A DNA stretch of 59,793 nucleotides from an uncultured Gammaproteobacteria bacterium (GTDB lineage Bacteria > Patescibacteriota > Patescibacteriia > UBA9934): positions 1 through 59,793 of the forward strand of contig CAYPWV010000006.1 in assembly GCA_964414795.1 (NCBI GenBank), in the 5' to 3' direction. The translations under genes and the position numbers were made by a program. Under the pieces are notes generated by a model that did no database searches, was not told the DNA's origin, and worked only from the letters and a program-made list of their open reading frames with translations. This document shows, one piece after another, positions 8,743-18,669 of the stretch (position 1 is the first letter of the stretch; each line of letters begins with the position of its first letter).

Positions 8743-9249
8743 TTAAATTACTGAAATAATCTCGTATATTATAATGCGATCCGCAAGACGGACATCTACA
8801 TTCTCCCCCACTTTATGCCCCAAAAGCGCATTTCCTACAGGGGAATGATAAGAAATTTGGCCCAAACCTGGACGAACTTCCCGTTCTCCAAGAATTTTCC
8901 ATGTATATTCTTTGCCCTCTAATCGTACCGTCACCATACTTCCCAAACGAATGACGCCATCGGGAGAAGCATTTGCGGGAATGATGATTGCGTGCGCAAG
9001 GGCGAGCTCAAGTCGGGTAATGCGACTTAATATACTCCGCAAATGCTGCTTGGCGTATTGATACGCCGCGTTTTCAGACAAATCGCCCATTGCTCCCGTA
9101 CGTGCCACCTCTTCTGCCGCAGAAATGCGCTCTTTTTGTAAACGTGCAAAATCACGCGTCATTTTATCAAACGACGCCTGAGTAACATGCGGATCATCTT
9201 GCCGTTGTTCATCACGTTCTTTCTCTGCTTTTCGTGTAGGAAGTCGCAT
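8743..9249 (-). CDS. greA: transcription elongation factor GreA
   Basis: 168 aa with GDLSENAAYQYAKQ and a C-terminal SPVGNALLGHKVGE motif. Confidence 0.9.
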   Translation of the reverse strand: MRLPTRKAEKERDEQRQDDPHVTQASFDKMTRDFARLQKERISAAEEVARTGAMGDLSENAAYQYAKQHLRSILSRITRLELALAHAIIIPANASPDGVIRLGSMVTVRLEGKEYTWKILGEREVRPGLGQISYHSPVGNALLGHKVGENVDVRLADRIIIYEIISVI

Positions 9250-9255
9250 AATGTA

Positions 9256-11268
9256 CTAGCGCGTAGGTTGAACGTTGTAATACTTCAACAAAAAATCCGC
9301 AATTTCTCCAAACAACGGAGCTGCAGTGCTCTCTGCATAAATAACTCCCGACTTTGGATATTCAATTTTTACCACCATCGCAAACTTTGGATTTTCTGCA
9401 GGACCAAAACCCGCAAACGAACCATTAAATGCTGTTTCTGAATATACGCCGTTGATCGCAATTTGTGCCGTGCCTGTTTTTCCTGCAATGTAATATCCCG
9501 GAACACCTGCACGTTTGCCATGACCATACTCCACAACCGCCACCAGCATTCCCACAATCTTTTCCGCAGTTTCTGGCGTAATCACCTGACGTAAAAATGT
9601 TGGCGCAATATCTTCTACCGTGCCGTCCGCATATTCTTTTCGCTCAACGATGTACGGTTTCATGTATTGGCCTTTATTCGCCATTGCCGCATATGCTGCC
9701 GCAATTTGCAAAGGCGTGGTGGTGATACCCTGCCCGAATGCTGCCGTTGCAGAATATACTTCTGCGCTACTTTCGAGCGACGCAATAGTACCCGGAGCTT
9801 CGGTATTTAATTCAATGCCCGTAAGCGTTCCAAAACCGAATTTTTCAATATATGACTTTAGCTTTTCTTGACCGGTTTGGCGCATCACCCACACCATCGC
9901 CGTATTCACCGACTCCTCAAGTGCTTCAATCATATCTACCGTTCCAAATACTTTTCTTGCGGCATTATAAATAGGACGCGTCCAGCCTACATCAACAGAG
10001 CCAGTGTCAGTATACGTAGAATTTGGCGTTACCGCTCCCGTATCAATACCCGCTGCCATGGTAATAGGCTTGAAAATAGAACCCGGTTCGTACGGCGTAA
10101 AAATGGTGGGGTTGGTGTACACCGATAAGTCCTCCTCATTGCCGTATTCTTCAGGATAAAAATCAGGAGCGCCACACATCGCGAGCACTTTGCCGGTTGA
10201 AGGCTCAAGAATAACCAATGCTCCCCCGTCTGCATCATATTTTTTTACAGCATCTGCAAGTTTGCCGCATGCCACAATTTGGAGTGTACGATCAATGGTA
10301 AGATATAAATTTCCTCCATCAACCGCAGGAGTAAACGTACGGTTTCCCACGCCTACCCAACTTCCTCCATCATCCACTTCGGCATACAGCGATCCTGGAA
10401 TTCCAGAAAGGAAATCATCAAAATAGCCTTCGAGACCATAATTGCCATGCGGATTCCCTTCTGCATCTTGCCCAAAAAAACCAATAACCTGGCCACCAAA
10501 TGTAGGCTCGGGATACGAACGCGCATTTTCAAGAACAGAATAAATACCCTTAATCTTCAGCGCTTCAATAAGACGCAATTGCTCCTCAGTAACATTTTGC
10601 GCTACCGGCTCGTACGGATCATCGGTTTTGGATAGTCGAGCAATGAGCTTTGCAACCGGATTGTCGTCAAGGGAAGGAGGTTCAGAAACCTCATTGAAAA
10701 TCTCTCCGGGATTGATCGTTTCTTCAGGAAGAGTTGTGACGTCAGAAGTATCGTCGCTCGTTGCACCGGTGACAGACTCATTCGTTCCTTGAACGACTGG
10801 CACTTCGTCATCTTGTGTTTCTTCGTCACGATCAGCAAGTACCAATGCTTCGAGTGCTTGCGCTTCTTGAATCCGACCCGCGGCACGCAGCTGCGCAGCG
10901 GCCGTGAGACGATCGTACTCATCGATGCCCTTCATATTTACAATGCTCGCAATTTCTCTTCCCACGGTTACCGGGTCTTCTATCTCGCGAGGATCGGAAT
11001 ACAATAACGCTCGAGGTTCTGTTGTTGCCACGGGATACCATGCAGGATCGTTAAAATCTTGCACAAAAAGTGAGCCGCGACGTGGCACCAGCTCTTGATA
11101 GAGTGCATGTTGCCCCTCAGCAATAGCTTGATAATATTTCGCATCAACAACTTGCAAAACACCGAGTCGCAGAATAATCGCAGAGCCAAAAAGTAAAAAG
11201 AAGAAACGGAACATGCGTAAACGCCGTCCGTTTCCTCGTTCTTGGTGACGCATTCCTCCAGTGAGCAT
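9256..11268 (-). CDS. penicillin-binding protein 2 / FtsI-type transpeptidase
   Basis: N-terminal TM segment, then SIFK (SxxK), SVN (SxN) and KTGT motifs. An acidic insert lies in the N-terminal module. Confidence 0.85.
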   Translation of the reverse strand: MLTGGMRHQERGNGRRLRMFRFFFLLFGSAIILRLGVLQVVDAKYYQAIAEGQHALYQELVPRRGSLFVQDFNDPAWYPVATTEPRALLYSDPREIEDPVTVGREIASIVNMKGIDEYDRLTAAAQLRAAGRIQEAQALEALVLADRDEETQDDEVPVVQGTNESVTGATSDDTSDVTTLPEETINPGEIFNEVSEPPSLDDNPVAKLIARLSKTDDPYEPVAQNVTEEQLRLIEALKIKGIYSVLENARSYPEPTFGGQVIGFFGQDAEGNPHGNYGLEGYFDDFLSGIPGSLYAEVDDGGSWVGVGNRTFTPAVDGGNLYLTIDRTLQIVACGKLADAVKKYDADGGALVILEPSTGKVLAMCGAPDFYPEEYGNEEDLSVYTNPTIFTPYEPGSIFKPITMAAGIDTGAVTPNSTYTDTGSVDVGWTRPIYNAARKVFGTVDMIEALEESVNTAMVWVMRQTGQEKLKSYIEKFGFGTLTGIELNTEAPGTIASLESSAEVYSATAAFGQGITTTPLQIAAAYAAMANKGQYMKPYIVERKEYADGTVEDIAPTFLRQVITPETAEKIVGMLVAVVEYGHGKRAGVPGYYIAGKTGTAQIAINGVYSETAFNGSFAGFGPAENPKFAMVVKIEYPKSGVIYAESTAAPLFGEIADFLLKYYNVQPTR

Positions 11269-11273
11269 AGGGA

Positions 11274-11353
11274 GTAGGCTAGTGGGGCTAGTTGGCTAGG
11301 TGAAAAAGCTGAAATTGTTCGTCATACCTAGCCCGCCTAGCCTTCTAGCCCAA
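11274..11353. repeat. long imperfect hairpin built from GGCTAG-type words
   Basis: GTAGGCTAGTGGGGCTAGTTGGCTAGGT ... ACCTAGCCCGCCTAGCCTTCTAGCCCAAC. The loop carries a TTCGTCAT fragment. Confidence 0.65.
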
Positions 11354-11359
11354 CTATGC

Positions 11360-11833
11360 TTATGCTTGTTGCAACTCTTCTTCATTCACTTTGCGACCGT
11401 AAGAAGCAATGGTATCTCCCGTACTTTCATCCTCAATTAAACGAATGATCGCCGAAGGGCCTTCAAATTCTTTCATCACCATCATCGTTCCCCCGTCGTC
11501 GGTAAGAAGAGTGATCTTACTTTCGTAAGAAAATTCGTAATCTTGTCCACCGTACACCACGATTTCATCTTCAGGAATCATCTCTTCGTCGATATCTTCA
11601 AAATGGATCACCTCTTCACCATCAGCATCAAGCGAAAGCCAGGTTCCATCTTTTGCGTGCACCCAAAAAACGGCTTCACCCGATTCAAGTACAATTTCGT
11701 CCACGCGCTGTGGCTCGAACGTTTTATCTCGCACAACGATAGGTTGTTCTTCTTGGAGTTTTTTTAATGCTTCTGCAATAGTCATATGGGGGCAGTTTAC
11801 CGCATCGGATATATTTCTGTGAAAACTATCCAC
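11360..11833 (-). CDS. hypothetical acidic protein
   Basis: 157-aa ORF, Asp/Glu-rich. An alternative ATG at 11785 is possible. Confidence 0.5.
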   Translation of the reverse strand: MDSFHRNISDAVNCPHMTIAEALKKLQEEQPIVVRDKTFEPQRVDEIVLESGEAVFWVHAKDGTWLSLDADGEEVIHFEDIDEEMIPEDEIVVYGGQDYEFSYESKITLLTDDGGTMMVMKEFEGPSAIIRLIEDESTGDTIASYGRKVNEEELQQA

Positions 11834-11842
11834 ATCCTAATC

Positions 11843-13750
11843 CTACTGACACACCGCACACTCTTCATTCGCTACATCGCGCTTTTGCGATGCGACACCA
11901 ATGGAATCCGCTTGAATAGGCGCACTCGAACGGAAATAATAGAGAGATTTAATACCACTCTTCCATGCAAGCATGTGCACTTCATTCATGTACTTTCCCG
12001 AAACAGGCGTTTGGAAGAACAGGTTAAGACTTTGCGCTTGGTCGATATATGGCTGACGATCAGCAGCTTGCTGTACAATTTCTCGCATGTTCATCTCATA
12101 ACCCGTACGGAAAATAGCCTTCTCTTCTTGCGAAAGAAAATCGAGATTAGCCACACTTCCTTTATCCGCAATAACCTTTTTCCATACCTCGGCTGTATTC
12201 TTTCCTTTGGTTTCAAGGAAATTTTCTAAGTGACGATTTTTTACGAGAAAACTTCCTGAAAGCGTTTTCTGGAGATACGCATTTCCTGCAATAGGTTCGA
12301 TTGCCGGCGTTGCTTCGCCACACAAGAATGCGGTTGAAGCTGTTGGTTGAATAGAGGTTACATAACTATTGCGCTGTGTTCCGCCATCAAGCGGCAACCC
12401 GCGCTCTTCACCCAAACGCACCGAAGCCTTGCGAGCCGCTTCGCCATACGTTTTAAAAATCATCTTGTTCATGGTGCGTGCGGCAACGCTTTCAAAAGGA
12501 ATACCTTTGCTCATGAGGTAACCGTGATATCCCATAGTCCCAAAACCAATGGAACGCTCACTCTTTACCGAAAAAATAGCTTTCTTATATTCTTTTTGAT
12601 CGGCCATGTCGCAGAACGTTTCGAGATTATTATCAAGCCCCTTTACCGCCGCATAACAAATCGCATCAATCTGATCCGCAAATTCATCCCACTTTTCAAG
12701 ATTAATAGACGCCAAACAGCAGACAGCAGTACGTTCATTATCGGTTGGTAACACAATTTCCGTACACAAATTCGACTGACGTACCTTTAATCCGAGCGCT
12801 TGATGATGGGGAGGAAGCGCCTTGTTCACGGTGTCGATGAAAAGCAAGTACGGTTCACCCGATTCCGCACGCATGGAAAGAATTTTTCTCCACATGGTAG
12901 TTGCATCAAGCTCTTTAACTACGGTTTTGAAATGCGGATCAATCAACTTGTACGTAGTACCCGCCTCAACTGCCTGCATAAACTCATCGGTAATGGTAAT
13001 GCCGATGTTAATGTTGAGCGTTTTACGATCTTGATCTCCTCCGGTTGGCTTACGCGTTTCCAAAAAGTCTTCAATATCCGGGTGATCAATCTTCAAATAC
13101 GCTGCAGCTGCACCTCTGCGCACACCGTTGCGCGCAATAGCCACGGTTTCAGAATCCATGATTTTGAGGAACGGAATAACGCCCGACGAACGAAGACCAG
13201 AAGAAATAAGCGGCGCATTTTGTCCGCGCAACTGCGACCAATCGGTGCCAATACCTCCGCCGTATTTTGCAAGAAATGCATTCTCGCGGAATACATCAAA
13301 AATACCTCCCAAATCATCAGGAACCGTATTGAGGAAACAAGAAATAGGAAGACCTTTTTTTGTACCAATGTTCATGAGCGTTGGTGAAGAAGGCAAGAAC
13401 CAATTTTTGCTCATGATGTCGTACAAAAATTGCGCGTGCTCTTTTTCTCCGCGTGCCATGCCTGTTGCAATACGGGCAAAAAACATCTGCGGATCTTCTA
13501 CCGCATTTCCAGCAACGTCACGTAGGGCATACCGATCGCGAAAATTTTCAAGCCCGAAATACGTAAAATTCGTATTGCGTTCTGGCGCAAGCACGAGCGA
13601 TTGCTGCACCTCTTTATACTGCTGCATGTAGTATTCCGAATCCCAACTTCCTTTGCCGGACGTATTGGCAAGAATTTCGGCAAGAAGCATGTCGCGAGCT
13701 GTAACGAGATCGTTTGCGGAGAGAGCGTCGATGACTGAAGCGTAAGACAT
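11843..13750 (-). CDS. nrdA: class I ribonucleoside-diphosphate reductase alpha subunit (no ATP-cone)
   Basis: SNLCTEI active-site loop, C-terminal CAVCQ Cys pair, and the beta subunit immediately upstream. Start set at MSYASV, because the longer ORF start lies inside repeat copy B. Confidence 0.85.
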   Translation of the reverse strand: MSYASVIDALSANDLVTARDMLLAEILANTSGKGSWDSEYYMQQYKEVQQSLVLAPERNTNFTYFGLENFRDRYALRDVAGNAVEDPQMFFARIATGMARGEKEHAQFLYDIMSKNWFLPSSPTLMNIGTKKGLPISCFLNTVPDDLGGIFDVFRENAFLAKYGGGIGTDWSQLRGQNAPLISSGLRSSGVIPFLKIMDSETVAIARNGVRRGAAAAYLKIDHPDIEDFLETRKPTGGDQDRKTLNINIGITITDEFMQAVEAGTTYKLIDPHFKTVVKELDATTMWRKILSMRAESGEPYLLFIDTVNKALPPHHQALGLKVRQSNLCTEIVLPTDNERTAVCCLASINLEKWDEFADQIDAICYAAVKGLDNNLETFCDMADQKEYKKAIFSVKSERSIGFGTMGYHGYLMSKGIPFESVAARTMNKMIFKTYGEAARKASVRLGEERGLPLDGGTQRNSYVTSIQPTASTAFLCGEATPAIEPIAGNAYLQKTLSGSFLVKNRHLENFLETKGKNTAEVWKKVIADKGSVANLDFLSQEEKAIFRTGYEMNMREIVQQAADRQPYIDQAQSLNLFFQTPVSGKYMNEVHMLAWKSGIKSLYYFRSSAPIQADSIGVASQKRDVANEECAVCQ

Positions 13751-13760
13751 AAAGGTTAGG

Positions 13761-13864
13761 TTCGTCATGCCGGACACCGATCCGGCATCCAGCGCTTATT
13801 CGTTGATCAAAATAATAAATAACTGCAGTCGATGGATCCCGGGTCAAGCCCGGGATGACGAACG
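13761..13864. repeat. family-1 double-hairpin MITE-like element, copy B
   Basis: Same termini and hairpins as copy A. It lies between nrdB and nrdA. Confidence 0.85.
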
Positions 13865-13870
13865 TCCTCA

Positions 13871-14872
13871 CTACACCCAATCTTCTACCACAGCTCCCTT
13901 CGAGTACTCCGTTGCGCGCGTTTCAAAGAAATTTGCGTGTTCTTTTGCGTTAATCATGGTATCGAGCCAGTCGAGCGGATTGGGAACATTGTACATGGCA
14001 TCGAGCCCGAGATCATTGAGCCGCCTATCAGCGATGTAACGGATGTACTGCTTCACATCTTCAGGCTTTAACCCAGGAACCGCACCCATGGAAAAACACG
14101 TATCAATGAATGCATCTTCCAGATTTACCATGTCGCTGCATGCACTTTTTATAGTGTCTTGAAACTGCGGCGTCCAGAGATACTTATTTTCATCGATAAG
14201 ATCGCGGAATAAATGACACACCGCTTTGCTATGAAGCGATTCGTCACGAATAGACCAGGTAACAATTTGCCCCACGCCCTTCATTTTCCCCATACGAGGA
14301 AAATTCATAAGAATAGCAAAGGATGAAAACAACGAAACACCTTCCAAAAATCCACCAAAAACCGCCAAATTCAAGGCAAGATCTTTAATATCGTGCACAT
14401 TAAATTTATGGAGGTAATTGTACTTTGCGCGCATGGAATCGTATTCAAGAAATGCCGAGTATTCCTTTTCGGGAAGACCAAGCGAATCGTTAAGATACGA
14501 ATACGCCCACACGTGCACCGCTTCCATTGCCGCAAATGACGAAAGCATCATTTTAATTTCTGGCTTGTGAAATGCGGGAATAAGGTGCTGGTTGTAGTTG
14601 TTATTTACCTCAATATCGCCCTGGGTAAAAAACCGAAGAATTTGAATAATAAGGTTCGACTCTTCAGGCGATAAGCGAAAGCGGTAATCTGCAATATCGG
14701 ATTCCATGGGAACTTCGGTAGGCAACCAGTGCGCCTGGTTCTGTTTTTGGAAGTATTCGTAAAAATGCGGATACTCAAAAGGACGAAAAACCGCTCGTGG
14801 CGTAAGCAAGCGTGACGTTCTCCGAGTGTCAACTTCGGTGGTAACAAAGGTTTGTAATGTCGTTTGATGCAT
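13871..14872 (-). CDS. nrdB: class I ribonucleotide reductase beta subunit
   Basis: Ferritin-like diiron motifs (EAVH.., RDESLH). GGAGGAG lies 5 nt before the ATG at 14872. Confidence 0.9.
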   Translation of the reverse strand: MHQTTLQTFVTTEVDTRRTSRLLTPRAVFRPFEYPHFYEYFQKQNQAHWLPTEVPMESDIADYRFRLSPEESNLIIQILRFFTQGDIEVNNNYNQHLIPAFHKPEIKMMLSSFAAMEAVHVWAYSYLNDSLGLPEKEYSAFLEYDSMRAKYNYLHKFNVHDIKDLALNLAVFGGFLEGVSLFSSFAILMNFPRMGKMKGVGQIVTWSIRDESLHSKAVCHLFRDLIDENKYLWTPQFQDTIKSACSDMVNLEDAFIDTCFSMGAVPGLKPEDVKQYIRYIADRRLNDLGLDAMYNVPNPLDWLDTMINAKEHANFFETRATEYSKGAVVEDWV

Positions 14873-14883
14873 AAGCTCCTCCA

Positions 14884-14932
14884 CACAACATATAGTGTAT
14901 AACCCCGAGAGCATACCACTAGGGCTAGTGGT
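14884..14932 (-). promoter_or_regulatory. candidate pair of NrdR boxes upstream of nrdB
   Basis: ACACTATATGTTGTGT (14884-14899, minus strand) and CCACTAGCCCTAGTGG (14917-14932) are both 16-bp palindromes. Their centres are 33 bp apart. Confidence 0.4.
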
Positions 14933-15004
14933 TACCAGACACGTGCTGTGGGAAAGTGCCTTTCGTTTTTAAGGTTCGCGGAATTTCGCTCTTGTGTCGT
15001 AAAT

Positions 15005-15083
15005 GTTCGTCATGCCGGACTTGATCCGGCATCCATCGCAACTAAAAAACGATAGATCCCGGGTCGGTGCCCGGGATGACAAA
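15005..15083. repeat. family-1 double-hairpin MITE-like element, copy C
   Basis: GTTCGTCATGCCGGACTTGATCCGGCATCC...GATCCCGGGTCGGTGCCCGGGATGAC. Confidence 0.85.
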
Positions 15084-15695
15084 TTAAAACCCCAATGTAA
15101 AATTTACCTGCGTTTTTTCCCCCTCAGGAGCAAAGGCGATATTCACCGCTTGACGCTCTCCGCGCTTCGTATCAAACAAAATAAAGCTATTTTTAAGCCC
15201 AAATTCGTACACTTCTTTCGTTACTTTTACATCCTGCAAACAATACTCTCGAATTTCATTAATCTTCCCCTCTTTCCACCATGCAACTGCCTGCAAACCG
15301 TGTGCCGACTTTTGCGTACCGAGCGTCGCCTTTGCCACATCATCCAGCTTAATACGATAGCCCAGTTCTCTCTCAATTTTCTGCAAAATATCCAGCTGTG
15401 GAAGATGAAGTAAATTTCCTGCGTAATAATTATTCAACACCGGCATATCAAAACCGATAGAGTTATACCCAATGATGCGACCGCTTTTTTCAAGTCGTGC
15501 AAACAACTGCGGAAGATCAGCCTCTAAAAATGATTCGTACGTATCCGTTTCATAAAAATAACATCCTACAAGAGATACTTTTAACTTATCCGTAAAGTAA
15601 CCACCCACTTCCTCAAAGGTATTTTGCGTTTCAATATCAAGCACAACCTCATTGTTCATATGCACGAGATTGTACGGGAAATACGAACGGTGCAA
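15084..15695 (-). CDS. DnaQ/RNase H-like 3'-5' exonuclease domain protein
   Basis: VVLDIETQ (ExoI), GYNSIGFDMPVL (ExoII), YCLQDVKVT (ExoIII-like). An alternative ATG at 15659 is possible. Confidence 0.65.
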   Translation of the reverse strand: MHRSYFPYNLVHMNNEVVLDIETQNTFEEVGGYFTDKLKVSLVGCYFYETDTYESFLEADLPQLFARLEKSGRIIGYNSIGFDMPVLNNYYAGNLLHLPQLDILQKIERELGYRIKLDDVAKATLGTQKSAHGLQAVAWWKEGKINEIREYCLQDVKVTKEVYEFGLKNSFILFDTKRGERQAVNIAFAPEGEKTQVNFTLGF

Positions 15696-15759
15696 AAAAA
15701 CACACTGTGGATAGTATTTTATGATACCCTGATACTAAAATAATGATTACTCTTTCACT

Positions 15760-16938
15760 ATGGGAAACGTTGCAAAAAGTGGCATCATGGCGATTTTACT
15801 CCTTGGATCATTCATAGGAGGAGGATTTATTGCATATAAAACCGTACAATCTCCATCAGATGATGAAAAATCATCAAAAACAAATGCCGAAGCACCCTCA
15901 CTTGAATCACCTGTCGCTTTTCTTTATCAATACGTTGGGATGATGCAAAACGGCATGGGGAAAAATGGCATCCGTATTGGAACAACAGAAAATGGATCAA
16001 CTATCGACAGCTCAACAACGGATGCTCTTGCGTGGAGCGTGGGAGGTGATATCAAATACACCTACGGCGATCCAGTATTCAGTTATTTACAAAATGGCAT
16101 GTGGGGAATGACGTCCTGGACCGCAAAATCCGATCCTCGTGGAGCAAATTTTCTTCTCTACCACGAAGCAAGCTGTCCTACGGTAAACGATGCTGATGTG
16201 ATCGCAATAGGCCCCTCCTCTGCAACAGGATGCGTTGCAGGATCAAACATTACCGGCGGAAAAACATCACAAATTTTTGCCGTAGGAAAAGATGAATACG
16301 TTTTTCACATGATCGGCGGAGAAATTTATCTTGCACATCTGAGTGACAAAACGCACCGCCCTACAGATCTTGACAGCATGTGTGTTCTTGAGGAAACCGT
16401 AAGCGATATCGACGATCTTGATTGGGGATCATCAACAAAAGTTCTTGCAAAAGCTGATATTGACGGATTATTACTCAGCGACACCGCCATGGGAAAACGT
16501 GCGGATGGTACGTGGGTACTTTTTGTAAAAGGCATTGAAAGCGATAACGGATGTAAGCCAAACACTACATGCGAACTCTGTGCTCGCGGCATTTATCGCA
16601 CCACAAGTACAGATCTTATCAATTGGTCATCACTCGAAAAAGTTGTTACGCACGCAAGCGTCCCCGAAGCAACCACCATGCCCGATGGTACGGTATGGGT
16701 ATATTGGCAGGATTTTAGTGCCGTATGTGAAGCCGATGATCAAAAACTCGCTTCTCGTGCTCCTATCTCTGGTGCATACGAAGAAGCAGATACTTACGAT
16801 CTCTCCGAGCCCATCACGCTCGAATTCCCGGATGAAGACTTTGAAACAAGCAGCAAATTCCACTACGCAACAAACGCTAACCCCGTCGCACTCCCCAATG
16901 ATGCCGCATACGAAAAGCTTGAAGCGTGCCTAGAGTAA
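15760..16938 (+). CDS. hypothetical membrane-anchored or exported protein
   Basis: 392 aa with an N-terminal hydrophobic anchor. The remainder is Trp/Gly/Asp-rich with no firm motif. Confidence 0.6.
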   Translation: MGNVAKSGIMAILLLGSFIGGGFIAYKTVQSPSDDEKSSKTNAEAPSLESPVAFLYQYVGMMQNGMGKNGIRIGTTENGSTIDSSTTDALAWSVGGDIKYTYGDPVFSYLQNGMWGMTSWTAKSDPRGANFLLYHEASCPTVNDADVIAIGPSSATGCVAGSNITGGKTSQIFAVGKDEYVFHMIGGEIYLAHLSDKTHRPTDLDSMCVLEETVSDIDDLDWGSSTKVLAKADIDGLLLSDTAMGKRADGTWVLFVKGIESDNGCKPNTTCELCARGIYRTTSTDLINWSSLEKVVTHASVPEATTMPDGTVWVYWQDFSAVCEADDQKLASRAPISGAYEEADTYDLSEPITLEFPDEDFETSSKFHYATNANPVALPNDAAYEKLEACLE

Positions 16939-16965
16939 AAACTACAAAAACATACGACGGTATCT

Positions 16966-16996
16966 GTACGGGCGGGTTTTAAACCCGCCCTTTTTT
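16966..16996. repeat. family-3 REP-like hairpin (GGGCGGGTTTTAAACCCGCCC) acting as a terminator
   Basis: GTACGGGCGGGTTTTAAACCCGCCC followed by TTTTTT, between convergent genes. Confidence 0.8.
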
Positions 16997-16997
16997 G

Positions 16998-18356
16998 TTA
17001 CATCCCCACAATCTCCGAATACGTAGGATAGGCGCGCAAAACAGAACGCATCGTTGACCACGGGATGTTCGCTTGCATGGCAAGAGCGTATTCGTGAATT
17101 ACTTCGCCTGCACGTTCACAAAACAAATGAGCTCCAAGAATCGTCTCTCCATCTCCCGCCAACACCACCTTTAGCACACCTTCTCGATGATTGTCGATCG
17201 CTGCACGGCTTAATGATCGAACAGGAACCGTGTAGGCAAACGCTTTTGCATCGGTATTTTTTGCCGATGCCAAAGTTTGCCCTACGCTTGCAAGCTCAGG
17301 AAGCACAAAAGTGACACGCGGCACTACACGGTTCGTAAACGACTCATACATACGCGTTTTGCCTACGTGTGCCGCATTCCAACCGGCAATGCCTCCCTCT
17401 GTTGCAGCAACGCTCGTAAATTGCAGATCTCCCGTCACATCTCCTGCAAAAAAGATATGTTTTCGATCTTTGATTTTCTCAAGCTGTAATCCTTCAACGT
17501 TAGGTACACGACCCGTAGCAACAAAAAGCTCTTCGGCGATAACCTGCTGACGAGGCAAATCTTTTTCTTGATACGTAACAAAAATATTTTTTCCTTTTTT
17601 CTTTGCCTCAAACACCACGGCATTACAAACAACCTCTACACCTCGCGCGCGAAGCGCAGCTTCTGCAAGAATCGCCAAATCGGCCTCTTCACGCAGCAAA
17701 ATCTGCGGTGCGTATTGCAAAAGCGTTACCCGAACGCCGAGTAAACTCCACAACGTTGCGAATTCACAACCAATAGGACCACCGCCCACAATAACTACCG
17801 ATTTTGGCACATGCGTTTGCGTAACCACATCGCGATACCGAAGCACACGAACTTTTTCATCACATGCAAAAGAAAGAGGCGCATCAACGGCTCCAGTCGC
17901 AATCACAAATGCTTTTGCAGAAATCTTTTTTGTGGTACCAACGATAATCGTATGCGCATCAAAAAATCTCCCTCTCCCTTTCACAACATTAATACCTTTA
18001 TTCATTAAAAAATGCTTTGCTGTTGTACCGTTTTCATACAACGTCTTCAGTAAAGCATCTTTTCTTTTGTGCATCTGCGCAAAATCATAACGAATATCTT
18101 TCGCAAAAATTCCCAGGTGTGCCGCGTCATGCTGAAAGGAATAGTACATTTTTGCGGCGTGGAGAAGCGCCTTGGTAGGAGTGCACGCAAAAAAAGAACA
18201 TTCACCGCCCAAGCGATCTTCCTCAACTACACACACCGAAGCTCCCGCCTCTGCAGCACGTTCCGCAGCCGCAATACCCGCAGATCCCCCACCGAGAATG
18301 ATAACGTCGTAAGTGTATAAAGGCATAGAAGGGGAAGGTTTGAAGGGGCGGAACAT
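16998..18356 (-). CDS. FAD-dependent pyridine nucleotide-disulfide oxidoreductase (dihydrolipoamide/glutathione reductase family)
   Basis: GGGSAGIAAA dinucleotide fold, GGECSFFACTPTK redox-disulfide region and a second GGGPIG fold. The probable true start is MPLYTYDV at 18326. Confidence 0.8.
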   Translation of the reverse strand: MFRPFKPSPSMPLYTYDVIILGGGSAGIAAAERAAEAGASVCVVEEDRLGGECSFFACTPTKALLHAAKMYYSFQHDAAHLGIFAKDIRYDFAQMHKRKDALLKTLYENGTTAKHFLMNKGINVVKGRGRFFDAHTIIVGTTKKISAKAFVIATGAVDAPLSFACDEKVRVLRYRDVVTQTHVPKSVVIVGGGPIGCEFATLWSLLGVRVTLLQYAPQILLREEADLAILAEAALRARGVEVVCNAVVFEAKKKGKNIFVTYQEKDLPRQQVIAEELFVATGRVPNVEGLQLEKIKDRKHIFFAGDVTGDLQFTSVAATEGGIAGWNAAHVGKTRMYESFTNRVVPRVTFVLPELASVGQTLASAKNTDAKAFAYTVPVRSLSRAAIDNHREGVLKVVLAGDGETILGAHLFCERAGEVIHEYALAMQANIPWSTMRSVLRAYPTYSEIVGM

Positions 18357-18669
18357 CTTCCGCCCTTAGTGAGGTTTGAAGTAATGAAGTTCTGAAGTTT
18401 GGAAGTCTGAAGTAAATGAAGTGTGTCATCCTGACCTGTCCCTCGTAGCTTTAGCGAAGAGGGAGATATTTTGTCGACCACAGTGCCCTGAGAACCCTCG
18501 AAGGGAAGGATCTTCAGAATAACAACCGGTTGTTAGTTGATAGTTAATAGTAGTGAGGTGAGTTCAGAAAACAATCAACCGTGAATTATAAACCATTAAA
18601 CGGGAAGTTCCTTCGGTCGGCTTGTTATCTCCCTCAGGATGACACCAACTTCCCATCTTCAGAACTTCC
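18357..18669. repeat. composite palindromic intergenic block
   Basis: Outer arms made of GAAGT words (18361-18420 versus 18646-18669), inner GTCATCCTGA.. / ..TCAGGATGAC family-2 termini, and further hairpins inside. Confidence 0.7.
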
